A stretch of 64,000 bases of DNA from Anthoceros angustus (Eukaryota > Plantae > Anthocerotophyta). Position numbers and translations under genes: made by a program. Positions within the stretch are counted from its first letter, which is position 1, and each line of letters begins with the position of its first letter. The notes beneath the pieces are model-generated. The model saw only the letters and a list, made by a program, of their open reading frames with translations, had not been told where the DNA came from and ran no database searches. Of the stretch, positions 24,763-35,337 are shown piece by piece. The stretch lies in assembly GCA_010909165.1 (NCBI GenBank), contig MU008163.1, positions 1,178,001 through 1,242,000 of the forward strand, written 5' to 3'.

Positions 24763-27272
24763 CTGTGGTATCTGGCCGGATCAGAGGAATGCTAATAAGA
24801 AGGCACGTTAGTATTTCTCGGAAGGCCTCGGGTCAAGGCTGAGGATCCAAAGCTCGAGGCTAGAGCTGGTGGGTGTCGTGACGCATAAGCTACACCAGGC
24901 AGCTATGTGTAAATTCGAGTTGGAGCATGACATTTGAAGGTTACTAGCTTCGGAGCAGTTCAAGGTGCAAAAGGAGTTCTTGGACAAAATTCAAACATTG
25001 GTGCAGCTTCTGCATCTGCCTCAACTGAAGACAGTGTTGTCTATGACCTGGGAGGCATGGGTGACCTGGGCTGTAACCCTGACCAGCAAGAGGTTGGTTA
25101 TCCACATGCTGAAGGTTCTAGCGGCAATAACAAATAGGTTGGAAAAACTGAAAGAGGACGCCTGTGTGGTGGTAAGCTACTACCGGGTTTCAAGTTCACG
25201 TCGCTCGAAGACAACCGCAACATCGGTTGCCGAAGTAGTGGCTATAGCAAGCATCAAACAGGCTTCTCATCAGATTGGATGTGTAGATGTGCATGTGTGT
25301 AGATGTGCATGTGATGCTTTGCTTAACCGGTCAGAGGCTTGTTTCAGATAGAGTCTAAATGTCAGACTTTGCTTCCTAGAGTTTACTATTCAGTCGGCTT
25401 CACTGTTGTGAAATTCTGTATCTCTGGGCAAATGGCACTAGTTTGTCCATTTTCAAGCATTAGAAACAAAGTAGACTCCATGCACTCTTTGTCACATCGG
25501 ACTCAAATCTTTGGACCCATGTGCTGGGTTCGACAAGCTGTTGAAAGGATCGAGGTCGAATATTCAAAATCTTTCTCCAGTGATTGGCCATCTAGGCCTT
25601 GCTTTCCTTAGATCTGGGCACGTTTCAACGAAAGTAATAATCTCACCCACCCCTTTCAGTGGCCTTATGCACAGGCATGGCCTCCTGCCTTGGCAATTTA
25701 AAGCCAGCAAGCAATTTGTAGACCAAGCAAGCTAGTCCCCCTTTGTCCTATGTGGAGATCAGTTTTGGGGAGTTGCACTCTTGTATGCAATGGAAGCTGT
25801 GGCACACTTGGGAGGAGTGGTTGGTGTGGGGACATGGAATCTTCAAGCGGATTAGGCAAGTCGCCCAGGCACCTTCTTTGGAGGAGGTCCGGATCACAGA
25901 ACCCGCCTTTTTCTAAGATCAAGAGTGTAGCGTGAGAGGAGAGAGGAAAGGACTGGATGCGTGAAGGATGTATGTGAACGATACGGACGCGAACGGGTCT
26001 CAAACGCTTGGCCATACCGGCTCAGACGGCAACGCCAGAGTAGTTAGAGTATGTGTGTGAGACCGAACGAGCGCTAAGGACGGTAAGAATCACCAAACGC
26101 GTAAACGGGCCTATCATTCCTTTGGGAACGGACTTCTTCCTACAACGACACGGATTGTGCGCGCCCTATCGGAAAAGTTCCGCCACTGTGGTATCTGGCC
26201 GTAGGAATGCTAATAAGAAGGCACGTTAGTATTTCCTGTGAAGGCCTGGTCAGCAGGTCAGAGGATCCAGGGTTGCTCGAGGCTAGAGCCGGTGGGTGTC
26301 GGAAGCTGCACCAGCATGTGTAAATTCGAGTTGGAGCATGACATTTGAAGGTTACTAGCTCGAGTGCCTCAAGGTGCAAAAGGAGTTCTTGGACAAAATT
26401 CAAACATTGGTCCGTGATCCGCCTCAATCAAGATGTTGTCTATGACCGGGAGGCATGGGTGACCTGGTCAGAATCACCAGAAGAGGTTGGTTATCCACAT
26501 GCTGAAGGTTCTAGCGGCAATAACAATAGGTTGGAAAAATCGAAAGAGGACGCCTGTGTGGTGGTAAGCGACTACCCCGCGGTTTCAAGTTCACGTCGCC
26601 CTCGAAGACAACCGCAACATCGGTTGTCGAGAAGTCGTAGTGGCTATAGCATCAAACAAAGTGCTTCATCGATTGATGTAGATGTGCATGTGTGTAGATG
26701 TGCATGTGATGCTTTGCTTAACCGGTCAGAGGCTTGTTTCAGATAGAGTCTAAATGTCAGACTTTGCTTCCTAGAGTTTACTATTCAGTCGGCTTCACTG
26801 TTGTGAAATTCTGTATCTCTGGGCAAATGGCACTAGTTTGTCCATTTTCAAGCATTAGAAACAAAGTAGACTCCATGCACTTTGTCACATCGGACTCAAA
26901 TCTTTGGACCCATGTCGGGTTCGATGTCGCTGAAAGGATCGAGGTCGAATATTCAAAATCTTTCTCCATTGATTGGCCATCTAGGCCTTGCTTTCCTTAG
27001 ATCTCGGCACGTTTCAACGAAAGTACACCCACCCCTTTCAAGGCCTTATGCATGTGCATGGCCTCCTCGCCTTGGCAAAGCCAAGAAGCACCTAGACCAA
27101 GCAAGCTAGTCCCCCTTTGTCCTATGTGGAGATCAGTTTTGGGGAGTTGCACTCTTGTATGCAATGGAAGCTGTGGCACACTTGGGAGGAGTGGTTGGTG
27201 TGGGGCAGGGGACATGGAATCTTCAAGCCGGATTAGGCAAGCTGGCCCAGGGCACCTTCTTTGCGCTGGAGG
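24456..27272. repeat. Tandem duplication of ~1.4 kb spanning the LTR/flank junction (24456-25880 and 25881-~27272)
   Basis: GAGGAGGTCCGGATCACAGA recurs at 24456 and 25881. Track ORFs 25339-25611 and 26734-27000 are near-identical. Confidence 0.9.
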
Positions 27273-27990
27273 TGAGTATCAGGCATTTGTCTATGACAGA
27301 ATCACAGCTAGTCAGCTTGGCCGCACAATAGGTTGCATCGAATGGAACGGGCCAAGGCTCACCAGTGCTACTGGAAGAAGGTCTGAGATCAGTGTGAGGC
27401 CCCATATGCTAGGCCTTATACTGCTGCAAGGCGCGCCGCTGCACATCTTGGAGATAGTCGGGTTGACGGCGAAGGCACCGATCTGCACTGGTTCCAACAG
27501 GGGGACTCAAGTGAGGAGGACACTGGCGATGTGATAGATTGAGGGTGCCACCCGAGGTCGGGCAACAATTTCCTTCCGTGTTGGCTGGCTCTGCTTCATC
27601 CCACGACACTAGATAGCTTGTGTGACAGTGGCATGTGGCGAGGCAGATGCCTTGAGTGAGATGGTGAGGTGGATGGCGAAGCAAATCCCTTGAGGCTTGA
27701 TTTGTGGCAATGTACATTACATTAGTTTTGGGCCACGAGGGGTGGCATTGCGAAATCGGTGGTGTGGCATATTTTGGATCTTTTGTTCCATGTTAACGCT
27801 GCTTCAGCAGTAGCCTGATCTTTGTAGTGTGCCCACAAAATGTCTACATGGCCTTGTGTCATTAGAAACTTATATATCCGTACCACGAGCATTGGGCTGC
27901 GGATCAGACTGTGTGGCATTTTGTAGACCGTCTGAGGCCCTCTTTTCTCGCGTAAGTGTGTGGTCTGGTTTGCTCGTACATTGAGCAATT
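24780..27990 (-). pseudogene. Degenerate hAT-like transposase, truncated by the LTR
   Basis: Minus-strand fragments in hAT order: PHT.......QEC...KLIST*D (cf. PHTG..EW..K..ITTDN, ~27200-27110), SDVTKCMESTLFLMLE (cf. DVxTRWNSTYxMLE, ~26900-26845), ELLLHLEALELVT...APT (~26390-26335), LSLDPR (cf. LDPRxK, ~24845-24825). The dimerisation domain is not seen. Confidence 0.5.
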
Positions 27991-28263
27991 ACAACCAGGT
28001 AGCTTCCTCCCAACGTTGCTATGAACTACAAATGGAGAAATGCTTCACAGAACCCACAAAAACTAAGTGCATTCTCTCAAAAGTAACATGATTGTCAAAA
28101 GTGCAAGCATTCACATCTATGCCAATTGTGGATGCTTGCACAATAATACTGTCCATCCACAGCATCCTACAAGTGTCTAGAAGCCTTGACAAAGAAGTGA
28201 CAACTAGGGACTAAGAACAAAGGAAGGCCATGTACATTTTGCAGCAGGTCCCCTCTCTTAACG

Positions 28264-29013
28264 CTATGTCGCCACAACTTGATCCAACCATGTTCTATAT
28301 CCTGTAGAGGGCCAGTAAAGCTGCAGAGTGTTCTTGTTCTTCTCATTGGCCCTGAGAATAGCTACCATTGGAAACTTTGTGGTCAGGACAATGTCAGCTT
28401 CAAGCATTATTGGGTCACCATGTGGCCCTGAATCCAGTAGCTGATATGCGCTTTTGTCCGTAGGCACCTGCTCATAGTAGTTACCTTTCACCACTTTTTC
28501 ACCTGCTGCAAAAATCTCACCACCCCAAGCTGAGTCTTCAGTTTGTACAGCTAATGTGACCATGGGCTGTGTGCATAGCATTACATACCATAGAAATTTC
28601 TCTTTATTACTAGGCCTCGAACGCACCATGAAATTATCTCTTGCACGTAGGGACGCTGCACCAAATTCCAAACCTGCCTGTTGTTCCACCATGGCACTTT
28701 GAGAAGCTTTCTTGGGACGCCCTGGTCTCCCGGACTTGGAGGCACCCTTCCGTTTCAAAGTTCCTGGAGTCTGCTCTGGCTTGCCTTTTCTACGCAAAGA
28801 CTGACCTCGTCCACCAGATACCTCCACCACTTTAGGTACAGCCGATGCTTCGGGAAGTGGCACTTTCTCCATATCCTTACGAAGGATAATAGCCACTTCA
28901 TCGGTGGCCTGACGCATAGTGGCCACTTCACCAGTAATAGAATCAGCCATTGCAACACCAGCACAAGTGGCCACATCCCTACCACTCTGCAAAGCCACTG
29001 CCATAGTGGTCAA
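28264..29013 (-). CDS. 249-aa open frame with an AT-hook-like GRPGRPKK motif and an aromatic C-terminal module; probably transposon-derived
   Basis: Uninterrupted ORF with a globular-looking C-terminus (FLWYVMLC...DSAWGGEIF..GEKVVKGNYY...YQLL). An acidic T/Q/V low-complexity ORF lies just upstream (29010-29264). No spliced host-gene structure seen. Confidence 0.45.
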   Translation of the reverse strand: MTTMAVALQSGRDVATCAGVAMADSITGEVATMRQATDEVAIILRKDMEKVPLPEASAVPKVVEVSGGRGQSLRRKGKPEQTPGTLKRKGASKSGRPGRPKKASQSAMVEQQAGLEFGAASLRARDNFMVRSRPSNKEKFLWYVMLCTQPMVTLAVQTEDSAWGGEIFAAGEKVVKGNYYEQVPTDKSAYQLLDSGPHGDPIMLEADIVLTTKFPMVAILRANEKNKNTLQLYWPSTGYRTWLDQVVAT

Positions 29014-30090
29014 GGGCTGGGCACTTCCACCACGGAGGTTTTATCCATTGCAGCTGCCACATCTTCCACTTCTGTGTCTGTGGTCAAGTACACACAGAGG
29101 GGCACAAGTTCTACAGTCTGAATGTCTATCTGCACAAGCTGTGTGTCATTCTTGACAGCCAGAGTTTCATCATCATGCACAAGCTGGGTGATTCCCTGCA
29201 CGACCTGAGTCTCGGTGTAGAAAACCTCGGTATCCTCCTGCACTGCCTGGGTATCCTCATCCACTGCTTATTTGCCACCTTCCACACACATCACCATAGT
29301 GCACCGAAGCTCTAGGGTGTGGCACCCACCTCCCGACCGACCTAATATGCTGCTTGAACGTTTGTGGCAGTCGATGGCAGATTGCATTTGCCACACTTTG
29401 CTTGCCAAGGCAATCAAGTCGTATGCGGGATGATAGAAGGATGCTCGTTTGCAGCCTCAACACAAGGGCCACCTCCTCATGGACGTACGGCCCCTCCCAA
29501 CTCATCATCTGTAGGATGGGTCCCTTTGGCTATCCGGTTGAGGGGCACTCCCAGGACGATGGATTTAATGTATGTGCTGGTAGCCTATGTGTGTAGTAGC
29601 ATGTTGTGTCGTGGGTGGTAGGAAGGGGAGGAGGGGCTTCCGCCCTTTGTTTATCCTCCCCGCATCCGACTTGTTCCCGGGCTGCAAGGAGCTAGCTCAA
29701 AAAAGTAGGGAGATGTCCGTGAACACGACAACTGAGAACGTATATGATATGATAATGTAAATATCTTGGATAAATATAGAGAAGTTTTTACCCAAAAAAA
29801 AGTGCTGAAATGGAAAAATTTTATCGGCGAGAAAGCAATTTATATAAAATTTTTCCACATGTAGAAGGAATATAGTCCGTCATTAAAGAGAGAAGTGACT
29901 TTTGCAAGCTCTGCATATGGGAGAGACATGTCCTCGTAAGATACATTATAATAGAATTCGCCTACAGCATCCCTCGATTCTGAACCATGCTTCCACAAAA
30001 TATTTTGATTTGAACGTGGAAATTTGCATTGAGGTGAATATTTGATTGTCTTGGTTATCTTTGCACTTCAAAGTGAATCTAGGAACTCTA

Positions 30091-30690
30091 GGTTCTAATC
30101 CTTACAAATTCAATTACAAGACTACCTATATCACTTGGCAACTTCTAGAGGGCGTCAATTTTTTTAGGCTGGTCCATCTCTCAAACTAGAGAAGTCGGCT
30201 CCGGAGCCATATGGAGATTCCAATAGAATGTTAATTAGATGACATAACTTTCAATGTACGAAAGTTGTAGCTTGAGATTTGTCTTCAAATCGGGGGAGCT
30301 ATTTATCCATGGAGGTTGTGGTTGCCGTGATTGGCTCCCTCCAAAGCCTAGGCTATCCACGGGCATGGTTGGAGCTTGTGATTTTTATAGCTACGAAGGT
30401 TCTAATCCTTACAAATTCAATTGCAAGACTACCTATATCACTTGGCAACTTCTAGAGGGAGCAATTTTTTTAGGCTGGTCCATCTCTCAATCTAGAGAAG
30501 TCGGCTCCAGAGCCATATGGAGATTCTAATAGAACGTTAATTAGATGAAGTAACTTTCAATGTACGAAAGTTGTTGCTTGAGATTTATCTTCGAATCGGG
30601 GGAGCTATTTATCCATGGAGGTTGTGGTTGCCGTGATTGGCTCCCTCCAAAGCCTAGGCTATCCATGGGCACAGGTTGGAGCTTGTGACT
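30091..30690. repeat. Two tandem copies of a 307-bp unit in an AT-rich, TE-end-like region
   Basis: GGTTCTAATCCTTACAAATTCAATT at 30091 and 30398. The copies differ mainly by substitutions, so the duplication is likely real. Confidence 0.9.
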
Positions 30691-31941
30691 TTTCCGGCTA
30701 CAAAGCCTGGAGTGTGTATGTATGGAGGTTGCACTTAGTTCTCTTGTTCTTTCACACCTTGGTTGCAAGCTTACATGCCTATGTTCGGCTTAAAACTCAT
30801 TCAAGCTAATAAAGACTCTCGGGTGACGATAATGTGGAATGGAGGAAAGCAGTCAAGCCCGCGGGTGAAGCGGAGTAGATTGGGACCAGAATGGGTGGTT
30901 TGACCGACCCGGGGGGCGGTCTTCGACTCTTCGCTCATATATTTTTCCTTTTTTCTTTCTATTCTTCGTTCGGGTGTTCGGGTCCGGCCTGGGTCTGGAG
31001 TGGAGGCACCTTCCTTCATCTCTCTCTCTCTCCCCCTCCCCTCATTGAGTGCCTCATACTCATACTCCTGCATCCGTCTTCCCTTCCGGCTGTTGCTCCT
31101 GCCCACGCCCTGCCAGCCTTGCCAGGCTGATGACAGAGCCCGGTAGCTAGGGTGAAGAAGCAAGCAGGAGACGCATTCCCCTCACCGCGGCTCAAGCGCC
31201 GTGAGGCTGAATGCTGGCGGCGGCCCAATCTGCAGCGCAATTTGGTGTGCGGCTTCGCTTGCCCCGCCTCCCTGCTCCTGCAATGCCGGTGCGGGCCAAT
31301 TCCAGGCCTGCAATGTGATGGTGGCTGCCGGCAGCCCCGCCCCGACGTGATCTTGACTGCTGCGGCGGGCCCGGCCGGTGAATGCCGGTGCTGGTGCTGG
31401 GACTGGTGGTTCCACCCGGGAAGCGCAGGCGAGCTGTCCCCGCCTGAGGCGAGCGCTGGGCCGCCCGGCGCAGGCTGCTCCTGCTCCGTTGCTGCGGCGG
31501 CGGCTGCTGCAGGTGTGTGTGGTATTTGTGTGTGGCAGGCTGCGGGAAGCGGGTCCGGCAGCGGACTGAGGTTAATGCGGTAGGGTTGGGGCCGGTGCGG
31601 GAATTGGAGGCCGGGTGGCGTCATTCCGGCATTGTGGAGGCTGTGCGGAGTGCGGGAGATGCCGCGGGGCCTGGAGAGGGGTAGGAGCTGGCGCACAATT
31701 GCGGTAGGGTTTGGGAGGATTGATCGGGAGCAGGGGCGAGAGGCGGGGGCAGGGTTCGGAGGGATGGCACGGATTTAGGAGGCTCAGCACGCCGGTTCAA
31801 GAAGCAGGCAATCGGACGGGGCCGGGGCGGGGTCAGTCGGTCTCGGTCGGTGGTGTTTGTTGAGGGAAGGAGAGGAGCGGCATTGGGGAAGGGGAGGTGG
31901 GAGGGGTGGGGGAGGTGGAGGTGGTGAAGGGGAGGTGCGAG

Positions 31942-34900
31942 ATGTGCATACTGTGTGTGGCGTCAAGGTGGTCTCGGCGCATTGTCACCATGCTGCCGTG
32001 GCTCATTATCCCGCTCATCATCCTGTGGGCTTTGTCGCAGCTGCTGCCTCCGGGGTTTAGATTTGAGGTGACGTCGCCTAGGCTGGCATGTGTGGGGGTG
32101 CTGTTGATCAGTCTCGGGTGGTACGAGCTGGCAATGCCGCGGCTGTCGCAGTGGCGCGCACGCAGGAGCGCCATGCTCAGGGAGAGGAGGCGAATTGAGG
32201 CCCAGGAGGCGGCCAAGTGGCGGAAGGAGGCCACCCGCCGGTGCAGGAATTGCCTCTCCGCGTACAGGGACCAGAGCCCTGGCGGTGGCAGGTTCATGTG
32301 TACATATTGCGGCCATGTCTCCAAGCGGCCGGTGTTGGATGTGCCTGGGGAGGCACGGGGAGGGATTCAGGCGGCTGCTGCAGCAGGGGAGGGGTTGGGT
32401 GGGCAAGGGGTTCCTGATGAACCCTTCTGCAGCTGGGGTGCCTTGTTTCCCAGGACTGGCAAGGGTGGAATGCCAGGGGCTGGCCTGAGAGGGCTGGGGC
32501 TCCTGGGCTGGCAACAGGGCTGGGGAATGGGGGCAAGCAATGGGCCTCTGGAGATGGGGGCCTGGGCTGGAAATGGAGCCTGGGTGGGCACGTCCTGGTC
32601 AGGGGCCGCCTGGGTGGGGAATGCAGGATACTGGGCTGGGGGTTTCGGGTCCTACGGCGCAGGCTTTTCTGCGGCTGACAAATGTGGCTCCACGGATCCC
32701 AATTACGGTGGGATGCTCTGTGCTCTTTTGAGAGTGTTTCCCTTGCTAGCGTGCGTCAGGGTCTTCTCGTTGCTCCTCCTTTTCCTTCGCTGGGCCTGGG
32801 CGAGGCTCACTGGTGACACCAGCGGAGATGATGGTACCATGAATGGCAACCGGAGGGGCGGCCAGAGGCGGGGTGAAGATGCAGGGGCGTTGGAAAGGAA
32901 TAGGGGGGACAAGGCACGCCGTAAGGCTGAAGAGAAGAAGCAGGCTAGGCTTGAGCGGGAGCAACTGGAGGAAGAGGAGAGGCGGCAGAGAGAGGAAGTG
33001 GCTCGCCTGGTTGAAGAGCGCAGGAAGCTCAGGGATGAGAAACTGGAAGCGGAACGAGAGAGTGAAAGAGAAGCTGCTGCCGAGAGGGAGCGTGAGATGA
33101 GGAGAGAAAGGGAAGCTGAAAGAAGGCGACAAGACAAGTTGCGAGAGAAGGAGAGGGAAGCAGTTGCTAAGGCCAAGGACACTGACTCTGAAGACTCGAG
33201 TAGAAGACGGAAGGATTCCAGAAGGGATGCCGACAGAAGAGTGGAAGGAGAGAGGCGGGGGGATGTGGACAGGAAGGTGGAGTCGAAGGCACCAGGTGCC
33301 ACTGCCGAGTACCGGAAAGGTACCAAAGGCTTCAAGGGGGTTGTCCCTGATGCAGGCCTCAAAGGTGATGGGGGATACAAGGCAGCCGGTGCCAGTTCTG
33401 GAAAGTCGCTCAATGTCAGGTATCAGGGAGCAGTTAAAGGGCCTCTCCCAGCATCCAAGAATGGGATAGCCAATCAGAGCAACTCCTCATACTTCTGGAG
33501 AAATCCTGCGAAGTCTAGTACAGGACCTGTCAATGCCGCCTCCAGTACATCCCCGCCTGCTGTGGCAAATGGGGCGAGCAGCGGAAAGAAGGCAGATAGT
33601 AGCTCCTACTCAGCCTGGAAAGTGTGGCCTAGAGGGTGGGGCAAGGGACAGTTGCCCGCATCTGAGGGAGGCAATGTGACACCACCTGCCTCCGTCGTGA
33701 AGGCAAAGGATGCCAGCAGTCAGAATGGAGGTCTAGTCTTTCCGGGTGGGACCACTGGCGCTCAGAAACCTGACTTCCTGCATTCCGTGGTAAGTAATGT
33801 ACATCCAGCACTGCATGTGTAGGCCGGGTGTGTGGTTTGTAGTCTGCTCTGCTTCTCCATGAACTGGTATCCTGGGATGCATTTTTTGTTTCATATAGGA
33901 AGGTGGTTGATGTTGCTTTTTCCCTGGTGTTGTTGCGGAGTATGTGGAACCCTGAGGTGCTGTGGGACTCATAATGATTTGGGTTGTAGGTTGGAGAACC
34001 TACAGAGCAATCAGCCACCCAGTCAAGGCCATGGCAACGGTTGTTCTCAAACTCTACTGATGTGGTTGACCAGCGTAAGGAGGATACCATCTCCGAAGAT
34101 TGCTGGCAGAAGCAGGATGTGCAGACTGAATCAGGTGGCCCTTATGTGTCTATGGCGCTGCCGTTGAATCCAATTTTGACCTCTTCAGGGAACGTTGACA
34201 GCCAGGGACGTTCACCGACATGCCTCACTAACCTGTCTATGGGTTCAGTTATTCATGTTCCGGCTTCTTCTCCGGTACTTGCACCTATCTCTGCACCTCT
34301 AAGTGCTGCTGCCTCTTCAGCCCAGTCAAGCATACCTATCTATGCTGCTACATCAGTCCTGTCACCTGTGATCGGGTGTAGCGCAGTACCCTTGGGGAGT
34401 ACATCCATTGTCACACCCGTGCATGCTCCTGTTTCTGCTCCTATGCAGGTGCCAGTTGTTCTTCCCTTGCCTATGACTAGTCAAGGCCCGGACCATGTGC
34501 TGCAGGACCAACTGCCACAGATTCTTGAGCCATGGGCTACCCCAAAGCTCTCTGTGGACAGTCTTGATCTGGCAACAGAAAAGAAATGGCAGATGTGGGA
34601 AGCCCCGCAACTTGACCAGATACAGCTACCTTTGGTTGATACATGGATCCCGTTTGAAGATGGTGACCTGGACCAGCTGAAGGACTCATCAACGCCAGTC
34701 TCACAGGGTCAATTGATTGAGCCTGAGATCCAGTGGCCATCTGGTCTGTTTCCTCCTATCCAGCAACATGGTAGTCCAGGCCAGGGTACAGGTGACCAGC
34801 TGAGCATGGTTTCAGAGGCAGCCAGTAACAGTATATGGTCTGACTCAGCATACGCATCAGCTGTGAACGCATGGGGAGATGCAGATGTGCTCGACTCACA

Positions 34901-35337
34901 GTCAAGAATGCCTGCCGAGTTTGTGGATTGTATTACACAGGAGGTCATGATAGACCCAGTGATCACCGCTGATGGTCACTCCTATGAGCGGTCAGCAATC
35001 GAGCAGTGGCTCAAGTAAGACGGCTATCTGTGAACTTGTGGCTATTTCCAGTATGCTATCCTTCCTTCGTTCAAGGACAGCTTTTACCGGTTGCACACAG
35101 TCTGAGCACCCTGCTAGTCCTGTCCTTGCTTCCTCGTAGGGTAGTCAGTCTTCTGCCTTCCTCCTAGGGTAGTCATTCTTCTGTCAATGTTGCAGGTATC
35201 ATGATACTAGCCCAAGAACAGGAGAGGTGCTGCCACCACCACCTGGAGGTAATGGTTCAGGGGTGGATAAAACTCTGCGACCCAATCACATCCTGCGTGG
35301 TCAGATCATTGACTACAAGGAACGTCTTCAGCGGTAA
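31942..35337 (+). CDS. At3g51640/At3g51650 (stress response NST1-like) family membrane protein with a C-terminal U-box, 1004 aa
   Basis: Exons 31942-33789, 33990-35014 and 35196-35337; all introns GT-AG, frame conserved, 3015 nt in total. The N-terminus MCILCV..WSRR..TMLPWLIIPLI.LWALSQLLPP.FRFE.TSPRLACV..RRCRNC...GG.FMC.YCGH.SKRP is the family signature. Exon 2 has the family motifs PWQRLF and WQMW. U-box: EFVDCITQEVMIDPVITADGHSYERSAIEQWLK...TSPRTGE...LRPNHILR. Confidence 0.9.

Noticed and set aside
31016-31890. GC-rich ORFs of up to 226 aa upstream of the NST1-like gene
   Set aside because: Low-complexity A/P/G translations typical of a GC-rich 5' leader; no recognisable domain.
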